A DNA stretch of 64,000 bases, from assembly GCA_037142195.1 (NCBI GenBank), contig JBAXBA010000001.1, forward strand, positions 96,001-160,000. The letters run 5' to 3'. The DNA comes from Pseudomonadota bacterium. Lineage in GTDB: Bacteria > Bdellovibrionota_B > Oligoflexia > Oligoflexales > CAIMVM01. This document shows, one piece after another, positions 17,423 through 27,778 of the stretch. The position numbers and the translations under genes are program-made. Every line of letters begins with the position of its first letter. The stretch's first letter is position 1. Under the pieces are notes generated by a model. It made no database searches and was not told where the DNA came from. It saw only the letters and a program-made list of their open reading frames with translations.

Positions 17423-19059
17423 TGTCAATAATGTCAAGAAACCACAGAAATTATAGAGTTGAACTTCGCATCCTTCAAAATGGCGCTGCTATTAAGGACG
17501 TAGATCTTCCATTAAAGGCGTCAGGGCTTCTTTCTCTTTCCAGTAGAGAAACTGACATTCTAGGACTGAATCTTTATCCTCTATCAAGAAATATCCCGAT
17601 TTTAAAAATTGGTAAAAATGACGCTCAAGTCTTTATTGATCATGCCTGGGAAGGTTTTGTGGTCTCAAGCGGAAAGATGAAAGACGTCCTTCCACACAAA
17701 TCACTTGGTGACATCTACGTCATGAAGCCCGACGATTTTGCTTCCTTGGCCTGGCATGATTTACGTCTTCTTATTTACATTAGAGAGCCTATTGTAAAAT
17801 CGAAAGCACGCCATGGCTCAGACTCAAAATATCTTTCCTCTCCTCTATCCACAATGATTAGTGACAAGTGGCAATGGGGCACTAATCTATTGGCTTTAGG
17901 TGTCTGTCTCTTTCTTTTTGCCGCGTTTAGGACCGCACTCTCCAGCTTGCCTAACCAAAGACCAGAATCGTTTGAAGATTTGGACAATTCTTATACCCTC
18001 CCCTTTATAAGTGCCGATTTGCTAAAGATCGCACCGGAAGTTTTACAAGAAGATTTAGAGGTTGACCGCCCGATTCGCTCTCTTCTAGCTTGGCATCGCA
18101 ACTACCTGAGCAATGCATTTACTTGGAAACAAACTTCAACAAACCCTGACCATCAATCCCTAGGAGAACGGGCCAAAGAGGAAAAAGAGGGCGCTGAGGC
18201 CGATCTAGCAAAAATTCAAGGAACATTGGCATCCCTTTCTGAGGCCGCCAGAAACTCTCCTATTGCTGCGCAAATACAAATCCCCGTCGTGGTTGGTCCC
18301 AGCTTTTCCCAGAAGGTTGTCGCGGTCTTAAATCGATTTGAGTACATTTCAACCAATGCCAATGCTCGTTTAGAAACTAAGAAATCGTTTCAAGCTGAAT
18401 TCCTCAAAGGGTCAGGCTACAACTGGGACGATTATCAAAGAAAGAATGTGACCCAAAAGAACGACGCGCTAACCACAATTGCCCACGGCTTATTCAGCGT
18501 TGATAAAGAAAAAGCGCTTTACGAGCAGTTTGATATCCTTAGCCGCCGCGCCGAAGGATATCGGCAAGAATATCTTTCTGGACTTGAGGACCAAGGAGCC
18601 CTTTTAGATGCACCAGGAATCCTCCTTAAAACAACTCCTGGGGTGGTTGGAATAAGTGAAGGGACCATACCTAGAATTGACTTGAGAAAGCTTGCAATGC
18701 TCCCTGTTTCTACGTTTGGTTCTAAAGAAAAGGCAGATAAGCCACTAGAACCATTAACAGGAAAAGTCAATCAGTCATTGCTTCGTCAGGCCCTTTTGTC
18801 ACAAAGAATGGAGATACAGTTGTGCTATGAGGCTGCTCTTAGGCGGAATATCAGCCAGAAGGGCAAAATGCGGTGGGAATGGATACTTGACACCGAGGGC
18901 CAGATTACGGATATTCAATTGGTGCGTTCAGAAATCGGTGACAACGATATGGCACGGTGTGTTCGACGAAAGATATCCGTTTTTAAACTTCCCAAGCCTA
19001 AGCTAGGAAGTATAAAGATTTCACATATATTTGATTTCAGACCCGAAAAGAACTTGTAA
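17422..19059 (+). CDS. AgmX/PglI (GltG-like) TonB-type C-terminal domain protein
   Basis: Cytoplasmic N-domain, one TM, helical periplasmic stalk, C-terminal IQLCYEAALRRN..GKMRWEWILDTEGQI..ARCVRRKI..LPKP. Confidence 0.82.
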   Translation: MSIMSRNHRNYRVELRILQNGAAIKDVDLPLKASGLLSLSSRETDILGLNLYPLSRNIPILKIGKNDAQVFIDHAWEGFVVSSGKMKDVLPHKSLGDIYVMKPDDFASLAWHDLRLLIYIREPIVKSKARHGSDSKYLSSPLSTMISDKWQWGTNLLALGVCLFLFAAFRTALSSLPNQRPESFEDLDNSYTLPFISADLLKIAPEVLQEDLEVDRPIRSLLAWHRNYLSNAFTWKQTSTNPDHQSLGERAKEEKEGAEADLAKIQGTLASLSEAARNSPIAAQIQIPVVVGPSFSQKVVAVLNRFEYISTNANARLETKKSFQAEFLKGSGYNWDDYQRKNVTQKNDALTTIAHGLFSVDKEKALYEQFDILSRRAEGYRQEYLSGLEDQGALLDAPGILLKTTPGVVGISEGTIPRIDLRKLAMLPVSTFGSKEKADKPLEPLTGKVNQSLLRQALLSQRMEIQLCYEAALRRNISQKGKMRWEWILDTEGQITDIQLVRSEIGDNDMARCVRRKISVFKLPKPKLGSIKISHIFDFRPEKNL

Positions 19060-19063
19060 GGTA

Positions 19064-20755
19064 ATGATGAATATTGAACTTGGCTCGGCGTTTAACTCGC
19101 AGGGAATTGTCGTGTTTCCTATTGGCGGATGCGGTGAATTCGGCAAAAATATGACTGGTTATGTGGTTGACGGCCGCCTTTTTGTGGTGGACGCCGGCCT
19201 GCTCTTTGCAGACGCGAGAAGCCTTGGCGTCGCTTCAGTCATTCCTGATGTGACCGAGATTTTTAAGAAGTTTGGTGGTCCAACTGCTTACATCATCACC
19301 CATGGGCACGAAGACCACATTGGAGCTCTGCCCTTCATTTGCCGAGACTGGCCTGCTCTGATTTATGCTACACCTTGGACCTGCCGTCTTATTGAAGGCA
19401 AATTTGACCGCCACGGCCTTCAAGGGCTTAAAGGCTCCATTCGCAAGGTGAATGCTGGAGATATCTTTACCATTGGTAAAGTCAAATTTGAGTATTTACA
19501 TGTAAATCACTCGATCCCAGATGCCTGCGCCGTAATCATTGAACACAAAGGCACGAAAATACTTCATACAGGCGACTTCAAAGTCGATTTAAAATGCGAA
19601 GAGTGCCCTCCTATCCGCCTTGAAGAGTATAGGCGGCATAAAGATATCACTTTGATGCTTGCTGATTCTACGAACGCTTCCCATCCGGGTGTCGGGCCTG
19701 GAGAAGCTGAAGTGGTTGACCCGCTAAGAAAAGCTATTTTGGAATGCCGTGGGCGCACTATTATTTCAACTTTTGCAAGTAACTTGTGGCGCCTTCAAAT
19801 TGTAGTAAAACTCGCTAAAGAGCTCGGTAAAAAAGTTTTAGTGTCAGGAACAGGCATCGATAACTGCCTAAAGCTTGCGGAGGAACTTGGTCACTTTAAA
19901 TGGCCCGATGGGGTAAAAGTGAGTCCGGAACATCTCAAAAAAGTCGAAGATCGAGATTTGATTGTGCTGGCTACAGGTTGCCAAGCTGAAAATAGAGCTT
20001 CTCTCTATAAAATGGCTTACGGCGAACATAGAGACATTAAAATTATGCCCAATGATTCCGTGATTATTTCGGCCCGTACCATTCCTGGAAATGAAAAAGA
20101 TGTGGCCGCGCTCATTAGTGAACTAAGAAGATTAGGAGCCCATGTCATAACCACACGCAGCCATCCTGGTATTCACGTATCAGGACACGCCTACGCCGGT
20201 GAGATTAAACTTTTGTTAGAAGCGGCAAATCCAAAGTATTTTATGCCCGTTCACGGTACCTACGCTCAAATCTGTGACAATCAAATCCTTGGTAATAGTC
20301 TGCGCTTTCAGACCATCATTCCTGATAACGGAGCTGTACTTGAAGTCCATAAGGAAAAGGGCGTTCGCCAAATTGGCGAGGTAGACGTCCCCCTCCTTTA
20401 TGTAGACGGCGAGTCGTCCGCTCTGCTTCATTATGAAACGATCCGCGAGAGACTTCGAGTCGGTGAGCTAGGCGGCGTTATCATTTCAGGCATCATTGAT
20501 GTCAAAAAAGGCGTTTGGGCCAAAGGCCCCACCCTGGAATCCCTAGGCCTCATGAACGAGTCGAAGAAAAAAGGTTTAGATGAATTTGGCTGGGCCAACG
20601 AACTCTTGGATGAAATCAAAGCTTGGGGAAAATCCTTAAAGGTCCCCCCAACCGATGCAGATGTCTCGGAAGTGGTTCGTGTGGCAGTGCGCCGAAAGCT
20701 CGCTAATGAATTCCGTAAGAAACCTGTGGTCGTCTCAAACATATGGCTTCTCTAG
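19064..20755 (+). CDS. rnj: Ribonuclease J
   Basis: PIGGCGEFGKNM, THGHEDHIG, HSIPD, HTGDFK, IHVSGHA, PVHG; start moved to ATG 19064. Confidence 0.93.
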   Translation: MMNIELGSAFNSQGIVVFPIGGCGEFGKNMTGYVVDGRLFVVDAGLLFADARSLGVASVIPDVTEIFKKFGGPTAYIITHGHEDHIGALPFICRDWPALIYATPWTCRLIEGKFDRHGLQGLKGSIRKVNAGDIFTIGKVKFEYLHVNHSIPDACAVIIEHKGTKILHTGDFKVDLKCEECPPIRLEEYRRHKDITLMLADSTNASHPGVGPGEAEVVDPLRKAILECRGRTIISTFASNLWRLQIVVKLAKELGKKVLVSGTGIDNCLKLAEELGHFKWPDGVKVSPEHLKKVEDRDLIVLATGCQAENRASLYKMAYGEHRDIKIMPNDSVIISARTIPGNEKDVAALISELRRLGAHVITTRSHPGIHVSGHAYAGEIKLLLEAANPKYFMPVHGTYAQICDNQILGNSLRFQTIIPDNGAVLEVHKEKGVRQIGEVDVPLLYVDGESSALLHYETIRERLRVGELGGVIISGIIDVKKGVWAKGPTLESLGLMNESKKKGLDEFGWANELLDEIKAWGKSLKVPPTDADVSEVVRVAVRRKLANEFRKKPVVVSNIWLL

Positions 20756-21342
20756 ACCCATTGCTCGTGCTTTCTGCTGCCCCTTTTGAGGCCCAGCCTT
20801 TGCTTGAGCTCTTATCAGCCCATAACTTGTCTTATGAGTACATGTCTTTTGGAATCGGATCCATCGCTTCGGCATGGGGCGCTCAAAGCTTGGCAGAGAA
20901 ATGCCGTGGAAAGCACGTCTTGATTTTGGGAAGCGCAGGATGTTTCTATCCATTTCAATCCCCTTATCTCATAAAAACAAAAACGATATTCTGGAAGCCC
21001 AGATGTGTCAGTGAAAAATTATCTGAGTTAATTGAAGGCCAAGAGCTACCATGGGCTTCTGATAGTAAAAGCTTGCTATCGTTTTCCCTTCCCTCGGCAG
21101 ATGTCTATACTACCCCCGGTATTTCCGTGGCTTCCTCTGACATGGTTGATTCCAAAGTCGTTGAAAATCTAGAGATGTATTCTTTGTTGCCTATATATCT
21201 TGCTTCTAAGACCTTTGACGCTTTTCTTGTGATTACAAATTCCGTAGGCCCCGATGGTCGTACCCTATGGAAAGATCATTTTAAGAGCGGAGCTCAATTG
21301 ACGGCACAAACCCTTTTGCCTCATCTAATTGCCAGTCTTTAA
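20743..21342 (+). CDS. Nucleosidase/phosphorylase (PNP_UDP_1) family, futalosine hydrolase MqnB-like
   Basis: AAPFEA, GIGSIASA, LILGSAG, VENLE, ITNSVG. Confidence 0.65.
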   Translation: MASLDPLLVLSAAPFEAQPLLELLSAHNLSYEYMSFGIGSIASAWGAQSLAEKCRGKHVLILGSAGCFYPFQSPYLIKTKTIFWKPRCVSEKLSELIEGQELPWASDSKSLLSFSLPSADVYTTPGISVASSDMVDSKVVENLEMYSLLPIYLASKTFDAFLVITNSVGPDGRTLWKDHFKSGAQLTAQTLLPHLIASL

Positions 21343-21354
21343 TAAGGTCTTCGC

Positions 21355-21398
21355 CTTCATAGGAAACTTTTGCAAACTTGAATAAGTTTCCTATGAAG
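21355..21398. terminator. 15-bp perfect inverted repeat closing the motor/rnj operon
   Basis: CTTCATAGGAAACTT (21355-21369) / AAGTTTCCTATGAAG (21384-21398), 12 nt after the stop; no strong U-tract. Confidence 0.6.
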
Positions 21399-21573
21399 AT
21401 AAAATAGTGGCTCCTTTTAAGCAGGAATATTGTAAAATATCTTTAGAAATCTTCACGGCCTCAAACAGGGACGATCCTGGTTGAAAATTTGCATTAGGCC
21501 GTAGGATTCATGCTTTTTGGGGAATTCATTTTAAGATGAATGGTTACACAATGTCGCTTGAGGTGAAGTCCTA

Positions 21574-22317
21574 ATGTTACAAATTAGATACAATGCCAAA
21601 ACAGATATTGGTAACGTCAGGAAAGTAAATCAAGATTCCTACCTTTTAAACTCTGATATTGGGCTATTTGTGGTTTGTGACGGCATGGGAGGCCACGCCG
21701 GCGGGGAGATCGCAAGTTCCATTTGTTGCGCAGCCATGGAAAGGTATTTTAGCTCTTCAGAGCTTCCCGAAAGCTCGGATGAGTCCAAGTACCACTTGGC
21801 CCTTTCTACCAGCATCAATCAAGCAAGCACTGAAATTTACGAAGAGGCTCTCAGAAATCCGGATCTTAAGGGCATGGGTACCACAGCTACTAGTGCGCTC
21901 ATTCGTGATGGAAGACTTCATTGTGGACATGTTGGTGACTCTCGTCTCTATCTTTTAAGAAAAAAGTTTCTTTATCTTCTAAGCAATGATCACTCGCTTA
22001 TTTTTGAGCAAATTAAGGCAGGAATCCTCACAGAAGAAGAAGCGCAGTCTCACCGGTTGAGAAATATTATCACTAGAAGTGTTGGTTTTTTAGAAGAAGA
22101 ATTTGTCGATTGTTTTTCTGTAGATCTAGAGCCCGACGACTATATTTTGCTTTGCAGCGATGGGCTTACAGGAAAAATGAACAATTACGAAATTTGCGAG
22201 CAGATACTGGCTCACGAATTGGCAGCGGTCGGTCACTTTATAAATATCGCTAAAGAACGCGGCGGAGAAGACAATATCACTGCGGTTTTACTTAAGGTTT
22301 GTTTGCCAGATTCTTAA
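21574..22317 (+). CDS. PP2C-family Ser/Thr protein phosphatase (Stp1/PrpC-like)
   Basis: TDIGNVRKVNQD, VCDGMGGH, GMGTT, HVGDSRLY, LCSDGL, GGEDNIT. Confidence 0.93.
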   Translation: MLQIRYNAKTDIGNVRKVNQDSYLLNSDIGLFVVCDGMGGHAGGEIASSICCAAMERYFSSSELPESSDESKYHLALSTSINQASTEIYEEALRNPDLKGMGTTATSALIRDGRLHCGHVGDSRLYLLRKKFLYLLSNDHSLIFEQIKAGILTEEEAQSHRLRNIITRSVGFLEEEFVDCFSVDLEPDDYILLCSDGLTGKMNNYEICEQILAHELAAVGHFINIAKERGGEDNITAVLLKVCLPDS

Positions 22318-22349
22318 TGATTTGATTTCTATAACTATCGAGGCTTTAA

Positions 22350-23285
22350 GTGGGTCATGTCAGCATTATTATTTCTGGTGATCGGTCTCAGCCAAAGACG
22401 GAATTTCATATTCGAAAAATTTGGGTCACCCTATTTTATGTTTTGGCTTGTGTCAGTGCCCTTTTACTTGGAGTGGGACTAGCAGACTACATTCAACTTT
22501 TAAAATTGCAAGACAACTACACGGTAGCCATTACTGAAAATCAGCAACTTAAGGGCGAAGCTCAAATCTTGATGACAAATCTTGAGGATTTAAAAAAGGG
22601 CCTCTTTCGGGTTGAAGAGTTCGCAGGAAAACTAGATTCTCTTGTTCAATCTCAAGATTCGGCGGTCAAGAGTGAAACGGGCATTGATGCTCCTAAGCCC
22701 GAAAAACACACGACGCCTAGAAAGCCGGTGAATAACACAAGGTCTTGGCCGCTTGGTATATCCATAGACTCTTTGATTTTCAGGCCGCTTGTAGAAAATA
22801 TTCAGTCGGCACAATCGAAGTCGGAACTCCTGATTTTGGATCTCCAAACACTTTTGTCCAAAATCCAAGCCCACTCTTCGCTGCTTGCAGCTCTGCCGGT
22901 TGGCAAGCCGGTTGAAGGCTGGGTAGCCTCGATTTTTGGATATAGAGTTTCACCATTCACGGGCATGAACTCCAGTCACCAAGGAATCGATATTGCGGCC
23001 CCTATCGGCACCCCCGTTTTAGCGCCGGCTGACGGGGTTGTTATCTATAGCGGCACCAAAGAGGGGTTTGGTAATTTTTTAATGATTGCACACGGTTACG
23101 GCGTAGTAACCCGCTATGGGCATAACTCGGCGCTTCTTGTAAAAGTCGGTCAAAGAATTACAAAAGGTGAGCAAATTGCTGCCGTTGGTGATACCGGACG
23201 TTCCACCGGTCCCCATTTGCATTATGAGATTTGGGTAAATGGGCGGGTCGTGAACCCTAACCGCTATCTCTTAGGAAATTTTTAA
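22350..23285 (+). CDS. M23 family metallopeptidase with N-terminal TM and coiled coil
   Basis: HQGIDIAA, TRYGHN, GRSTGPHLHYE. Confidence 0.92.
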   Translation: MGHVSIIISGDRSQPKTEFHIRKIWVTLFYVLACVSALLLGVGLADYIQLLKLQDNYTVAITENQQLKGEAQILMTNLEDLKKGLFRVEEFAGKLDSLVQSQDSAVKSETGIDAPKPEKHTTPRKPVNNTRSWPLGISIDSLIFRPLVENIQSAQSKSELLILDLQTLLSKIQAHSSLLAALPVGKPVEGWVASIFGYRVSPFTGMNSSHQGIDIAAPIGTPVLAPADGVVIYSGTKEGFGNFLMIAHGYGVVTRYGHNSALLVKVGQRITKGEQIAAVGDTGRSTGPHLHYEIWVNGRVVNPNRYLLGNF

Positions 23286-23306
23286 CTCTTCCAGAACTTT
23301 TTTGTA

Positions 23307-23343
23307 GGGGAGCTCTTTTCCTTCGAAAGCGAGCTCCTTTTCT
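23307..23343 (+). terminator. Hairpin with T-run between the M23 gene and secA
   Basis: GGAGCTC / GAGCTCC stem followed by TTTTCT. Confidence 0.5.
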
Positions 23344-23396
23344 GCTACAGTTCGTTCACTGTTTTTAAAAGCAATTTAAGCAAAAAAGGCTTCTTA

Positions 23397-26000
23397 ATGA
23401 GTTTAATCGCAAAGCTATTTGGCACCCGAAACGACCGGCTCATAAATCGCGAAATCAGACCTCTGGTTGACAGAATTAACGGCCTCGAGTCAGGATTGAT
23501 TTCTCTTTCCGATATTCAGATAAAAGAACGCTCCATGGCCCTCAGACTTCGTCTGCAAAATGGCGAGCCGTTAAAGAACGCGCTTCCTGAGGCTTATGCA
23601 CTTTGTAGGGAAGCGTCTAAACGCGCTCTTGGGATGCGCCATTTCGATGTTCAGTTGATTGGTGGTATCGTTTTAAATTCAGGAAAAATTGCTGAAATGA
23701 AAACCGGAGAAGGTAAAACTTTGACGGCAACTCTCCCTTGCTACCTTCACGGTCTATCTGGAAAAGGTGCCCATGTTATCACGGTCAATGACTATTTGGC
23801 AGAACGTGATGCCACTCAGGTGGGAAGACTTTTCGACTTTCTTGGTCTTAGAACTGGCATCATTCATCATGGGTTGTCAGATCAAGAGAGAAAAGATGCC
23901 TATGCTGCTGACATTACCTATGGAACAAACAATGAAATAGGGTTCGATTTTCTTCGAGACAATATGAAGACGGAACCTGAGCGTCTTGTTCAACGTGGCT
24001 TCAATTTTGGTATTGTTGACGAAGTTGATTCGATCCTAATTGATGAAGCTAGAACACCGTTGATTATCTCTGGCCCTTCAGACACTAAGACTGAGCTTTA
24101 TGTCGTGGTAAACCATGCCATTCCAGGTCTGCAAAAGGACTCTGACTACGTTTTTGATGAAAAATCGCGAGCCGTATCTCTCACCGAAGATGGCATTTCT
24201 AAGCTAGAAAAGCGCCTCAAAGTTGACAATCTATATGATCCTAAAAATATCGATTGGTTGCATCATGTAAACCAAGCCCTTAAGGCCCAAATCGTATTCA
24301 AAAAAGACGTTGACTACGTTGTGCGCGGTGGTGAGGTGGTTATTGTCGATGAGTTTACGGGAAGACTCATGCCGGGTCGCCGCTATAGCGACGGCCTCCA
24401 TGGTGCCCTGGAAGCCAAAGAAAACGTGCAGGTTCAAAGAGAGACTCAAACTTTAGCTACAGTTACTTTCCAAAATCTCTTCAGAATGTATAAAACACTG
24501 GCTGGCATGACAGGTACCGCAGACACAGAAGCAGCGGAATTTCAAAAGATTTATAATCTCGATGTCGTTGTTGTTCCTACTAACAGAGTGATGATTCGAA
24601 AAGATGAACAAGACCTGGTGTACCGAACAGCCAAAGAAAAGTATGTTGCCATAGCAGATGAAATTGCTTTGGCTCAAGCCAAGGGCCAACCTGTCTTGGT
24701 GGGAACAGTTTCCGTTGAAAAATCAGAACTTCTTTCCAGTCTTTTAACCAAGAAAGACATCCCCCATGAAGTCTTGAATGCCAAGAACCATGCTCGAGAA
24801 GCCACTATTATCGAAGAAGCTGGACTTAAAAATAGAGTCACGATCGCCACCAACATGGCGGGCCGGGGTACAGATATCAAGCTTGGAGAGGGTGTCTCTG
24901 ACGTGGGCGGACTTTACGTCATCGGTACAGAAAGACATGACTCGCGGCGCATTGACAATCAGCTTAGAGGCCGATCTGGACGTCAAGGGGATCCTGGTCG
25001 CTCTAAGTTTTTTCTTTCCTTAGAAGATGATTTGATGCGAATTTTCGCCTCTGATCGCCTGGGCCAGGTCATGAAAACCCTTGGTATGAAAGACGGCGAA
25101 GCGATCGAGTCTCCCATGGTCTCTCGGGCTATTGAGCGGGCTCAAAAGCGAGTAGAAGAGCAAAATTTCTCTAGCCGAAAGCACCTCTTAGAATACGACG
25201 ACGTTATGAATCAACAGCGGCAAGTGATCTATTCTAGAAGATCTGCGGCATTGAATGGTCAGTCTGATTTAGATTTTTTTGGGGAATCTGTCACCAGAGC
25301 TGCCTCAACTATTATTCAAAAGTATTCTCCCGAAGCGACGAATTCCGATAGCTGGCAATTAGATCCTGCAGGCAAAGAACTTTCTGCAGAGTTTGGCCTC
25401 GAGATAGATCTCGAAAAGATTACATCAGAGACCCAGCATACCGTTGCTAGCCTATCTGAATCCGTACTTGATTTTGTCAGTGGTGACTTTGAACGCAAAC
25501 TTGCGGGCATTGAACCCGCTATTGCGGAAAGAATCTGCAGTTATATCTATCTGCAAGTTATCGACCATGCTTGGAAAAATCATCTTTTAGCCATGGATGC
25601 TTTAAAGGACTCCGTTTCACTGCGGGGCTATGGACAAAGAGACCCACTTCAGGAATACAAAAAAGAAGCCTTCACTCTCTTCCAAGGCTTGGTTCAAAGA
25701 ATCGAAGATGAAACAACCCTAACGCTTTTGAGAATGCCCAAACCCACTTTGTCCATGGCGCGCCCCCCAGAAATGGAAGAATCAGAGATGGACTTTGTGC
25801 ACCCAGATGCGTCTCCAGCAAAAGTCACAGAGAAAGAACCTCTAGAAGAAGATCGGATGATCTATCACGGCACAAGGCTCGACCGAGAAGCTCCGCAAGC
25901 GCAAGGTACTTTTAGAAATACCGACAAAGTGGGCCGCAACGACCCCTGTCCTTGCGGATCAGGAAAGAAGTTTAAGCAGTGCCACGGCAAATTGGGTTAA
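23397..26000 (+). CDS. secA: Preprotein translocase ATPase SecA
   Basis: [54 protein letters not shown]-terminal [22 protein letters not shown]. Confidence 0.98.
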   Translation: MSLIAKLFGTRNDRLINREIRPLVDRINGLESGLISLSDIQIKERSMALRLRLQNGEPLKNALPEAYALCREASKRALGMRHFDVQLIGGIVLNSGKIAEMKTGEGKTLTATLPCYLHGLSGKGAHVITVNDYLAERDATQVGRLFDFLGLRTGIIHHGLSDQERKDAYAADITYGTNNEIGFDFLRDNMKTEPERLVQRGFNFGIVDEVDSILIDEARTPLIISGPSDTKTELYVVVNHAIPGLQKDSDYVFDEKSRAVSLTEDGISKLEKRLKVDNLYDPKNIDWLHHVNQALKAQIVFKKDVDYVVRGGEVVIVDEFTGRLMPGRRYSDGLHGALEAKENVQVQRETQTLATVTFQNLFRMYKTLAGMTGTADTEAAEFQKIYNLDVVVVPTNRVMIRKDEQDLVYRTAKEKYVAIADEIALAQAKGQPVLVGTVSVEKSELLSSLLTKKDIPHEVLNAKNHAREATIIEEAGLKNRVTIATNMAGRGTDIKLGEGVSDVGGLYVIGTERHDSRRIDNQLRGRSGRQGDPGRSKFFLSLEDDLMRIFASDRLGQVMKTLGMKDGEAIESPMVSRAIERAQKRVEEQNFSSRKHLLEYDDVMNQQRQVIYSRRSAALNGQSDLDFFGESVTRAASTIIQKYSPEATNSDSWQLDPAGKELSAEFGLEIDLEKITSETQHTVASLSESVLDFVSGDFERKLAGIEPAIAERICSYIYLQVIDHAWKNHLLAMDALKDSVSLRGYGQRDPLQEYKKEAFTLFQGLVQRIEDETTLTLLRMPKPTLSMARPPEMEESEMDFVHPDASPAKVTEKEPLEEDRMIYHGTRLDREAPQAQGTFRNTDKVGRNDPCPCGSGKKFKQCHGKLG

Positions 26001-26035
26001 ATTGAATTTGAAAGTGAATAGCAAAGGAATAGAAA

Positions 26036-26434
26036 ATGAATTTGGCGATAATTCCCAAATACGCTGCACTATTAGCTGTTCTTTTTCTAATTCTGAGTGT
26101 GAGAACCTTGTCCCTAAGAAGGAAACATCGAATCGGTGTGGGTGATGGCGGAAACCTCGTCTTAAAACGAGCCGCTAGAGCCCACGCCAATTTTTCTGAG
26201 TACGTACCTTTGGCCATACTGCTTTTGGCTTTCTGCGAGACCTGGGCGGCTCCTGGAGCTCTCATTCACGGTGCTGGCGCTAGTCTATTATTAGGTAGAG
26301 TTCTCCACGCTTATGGCATTAGCCAACCCGAGGAAGACCTTCGCTTTAGAGTTTCAGGTATGGCCCTGACATTCGGATCTATTGCAATAGCCATTGGGTT
26401 TCTATGCTTTCATGGGTTCATTTCACAGGCCTAA
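26036..26434 (+). CDS. MAPEG family membrane protein
   Basis: RAHANFSEYVP, GRVLHAYG, four TM segments. Confidence 0.88.
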   Translation: MNLAIIPKYAALLAVLFLILSVRTLSLRRKHRIGVGDGGNLVLKRAARAHANFSEYVPLAILLLAFCETWAAPGALIHGAGASLLLGRVLHAYGISQPEEDLRFRVSGMALTFGSIAIAIGFLCFHGFISQA

Positions 26435-26554
26435 CCGCTAAACATAACCCACCCCCCCGTTATTCTACCTATCGAACGGTGGGCTTTCCTTTTTCACTTG
26501 GGTCAGCATCTCTTGGATTCGTGATACTATAGAAAGAGAGTGCTAGGAGGCCCC

Positions 26555-26866
26555 ATGAGGATTTTTGAACTCCCCAAAAAGAATACGGAAGCTTGTTTTC
26601 AAAATATCTTAGACTTGGTAGACAAGTCAGTTTCCAATTGGGAAAGAAAGGCCGGAAAATCTTCCGCTTTTGGCGATGAAGAAATGACTGCTATCGTCAA
26701 AAAAGGCAAAACCGAAAAAAATGAAGCCCCGCCTGATCCACCACAGGAAACCCGGAGGCCCGAAGAAGTTGATTCCAAATCCCAAAGTCGATATTGGTTG
26801 TTTGTGGCAGCCTGTGCCACCATACTTGCGCTAGGATTCTTATTTTTCTACAAGATGTCGAGGTAA
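26555..26866 (+). CDS. Hypothetical C-terminally anchored membrane protein
   Basis: RBS AGGAGG before ATG 26555; charged and Pro-rich body with a single C-terminal TM. Confidence 0.65.
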   Translation: MRIFELPKKNTEACFQNILDLVDKSVSNWERKAGKSSAFGDEEMTAIVKKGKTEKNEAPPDPPQETRRPEEVDSKSQSRYWLFVAACATILALGFLFFYKMSR

Positions 26867-26882
26867 GTTGGGCACCATTAAA

Positions 26883-26941
26883 AACAACCTCAAAACTGCC
26901 GCTTCCTAAGACTTTGGCTATGTTGAGGTTGTTGGTTTTTT
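26883..26941. terminator. Inverted repeat between convergent genes
   Basis: AACAACCTCAA (26883-26893) / TTGAGGTTGTT (26923-26933), then GGTTTTTT. Confidence 0.6.
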
Positions 26942-27038
26942 CTGGGTGGATAGAACTCGTGAGAACGAAGCCGCTTTTTGCAGTTTTTGGAGACAAGCAG
27001 CTACTTCTCGGGATTTTGCAACCATTATTGACCGAGGT

Positions 27039-27770
27039 TTAGCTTTCTGCGATCTGACCTTCCACAGCCTGAATTTGCAATTCAAAAACAGTTTGTAGCG
27101 AGGATTGGGCAGCATCCATAATTTCCATAACCTGTTCTTTGGAAAAAGTCTGGCGCTCTGCGGTGCCTTGAATCTCTAGGAATTTTCCACCTTGGGTCAT
27201 GACCACATTCATGTCGAGGTCTGCTGTTGAATCTTCATCATAATTTAAATCTACAAGAAGCTTTCCGTTTAAAATTCCTACCGATACAGCTGCCAAAGAA
27301 TCTTTAATCGGATTGTTTTTTATTTTTCCTTTTCGAAGCATCGCATCTACTGCCAACTTCAGGGCTACATAGGCACCATTAATAGAAGCAGTGCGTGTGC
27401 CTCCATCTGCCTGGATCACATCGCAATCAATAAGAAACGTTAAATCTGGACATTTTGAGGCATCAAAAATACCGCGTATGGATCTACCAATAAGGCGTTG
27501 GATTTCTTGGGTTCTACCGCCTACTGAGCCCCGTTCTCTTTTAGTTCGGCTGTGGGTAGCCGCAGGAAGCATGGAGTACTCCGCTGTCAGCCAGCCTGAA
27601 ACATTTTTTTGAGACCTCATCCACCCTGGAACACCGTCTTCTACAGTTACAGTGCAGATGACTTTAGTGTCACCCATCTCAACCAAGGCCGATCCGTCGG
27701 CATTTTTAATAAAATGTGGAGTTATTCTAATGGGTCTTAATTGACCCGAAACACGGCCATCTTTTCTCAT
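27039..27770 (-). CDS. rph: Ribonuclease PH
   Basis: GWLTAEYSMLP, GRTQEIQRLIGRS, DCDVIQADGGTRTASI. Confidence 0.97.
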   Translation of the reverse strand: MRKDGRVSGQLRPIRITPHFIKNADGSALVEMGDTKVICTVTVEDGVPGWMRSQKNVSGWLTAEYSMLPAATHSRTKRERGSVGGRTQEIQRLIGRSIRGIFDASKCPDLTFLIDCDVIQADGGTRTASINGAYVALKLAVDAMLRKGKIKNNPIKDSLAAVSVGILNGKLLVDLNYDEDSTADLDMNVVMTQGGKFLEIQGTAERQTFSKEQVMEIMDAAQSSLQTVFELQIQAVEGQIAES

Positions 27771-27778
27771 GGAAATCC

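Noticed and set aside
26520..26546. CIRCE-like half site GAGTGCTA (also TAGCACTC at 42771)
   Set aside because: No partner arm at the required 9-nt spacing
26697..27115. Overlapping small ORFs between the tail-anchored gene and rph
   Set aside because: No RBS or family features, and they span a terminator-like inverted repeat
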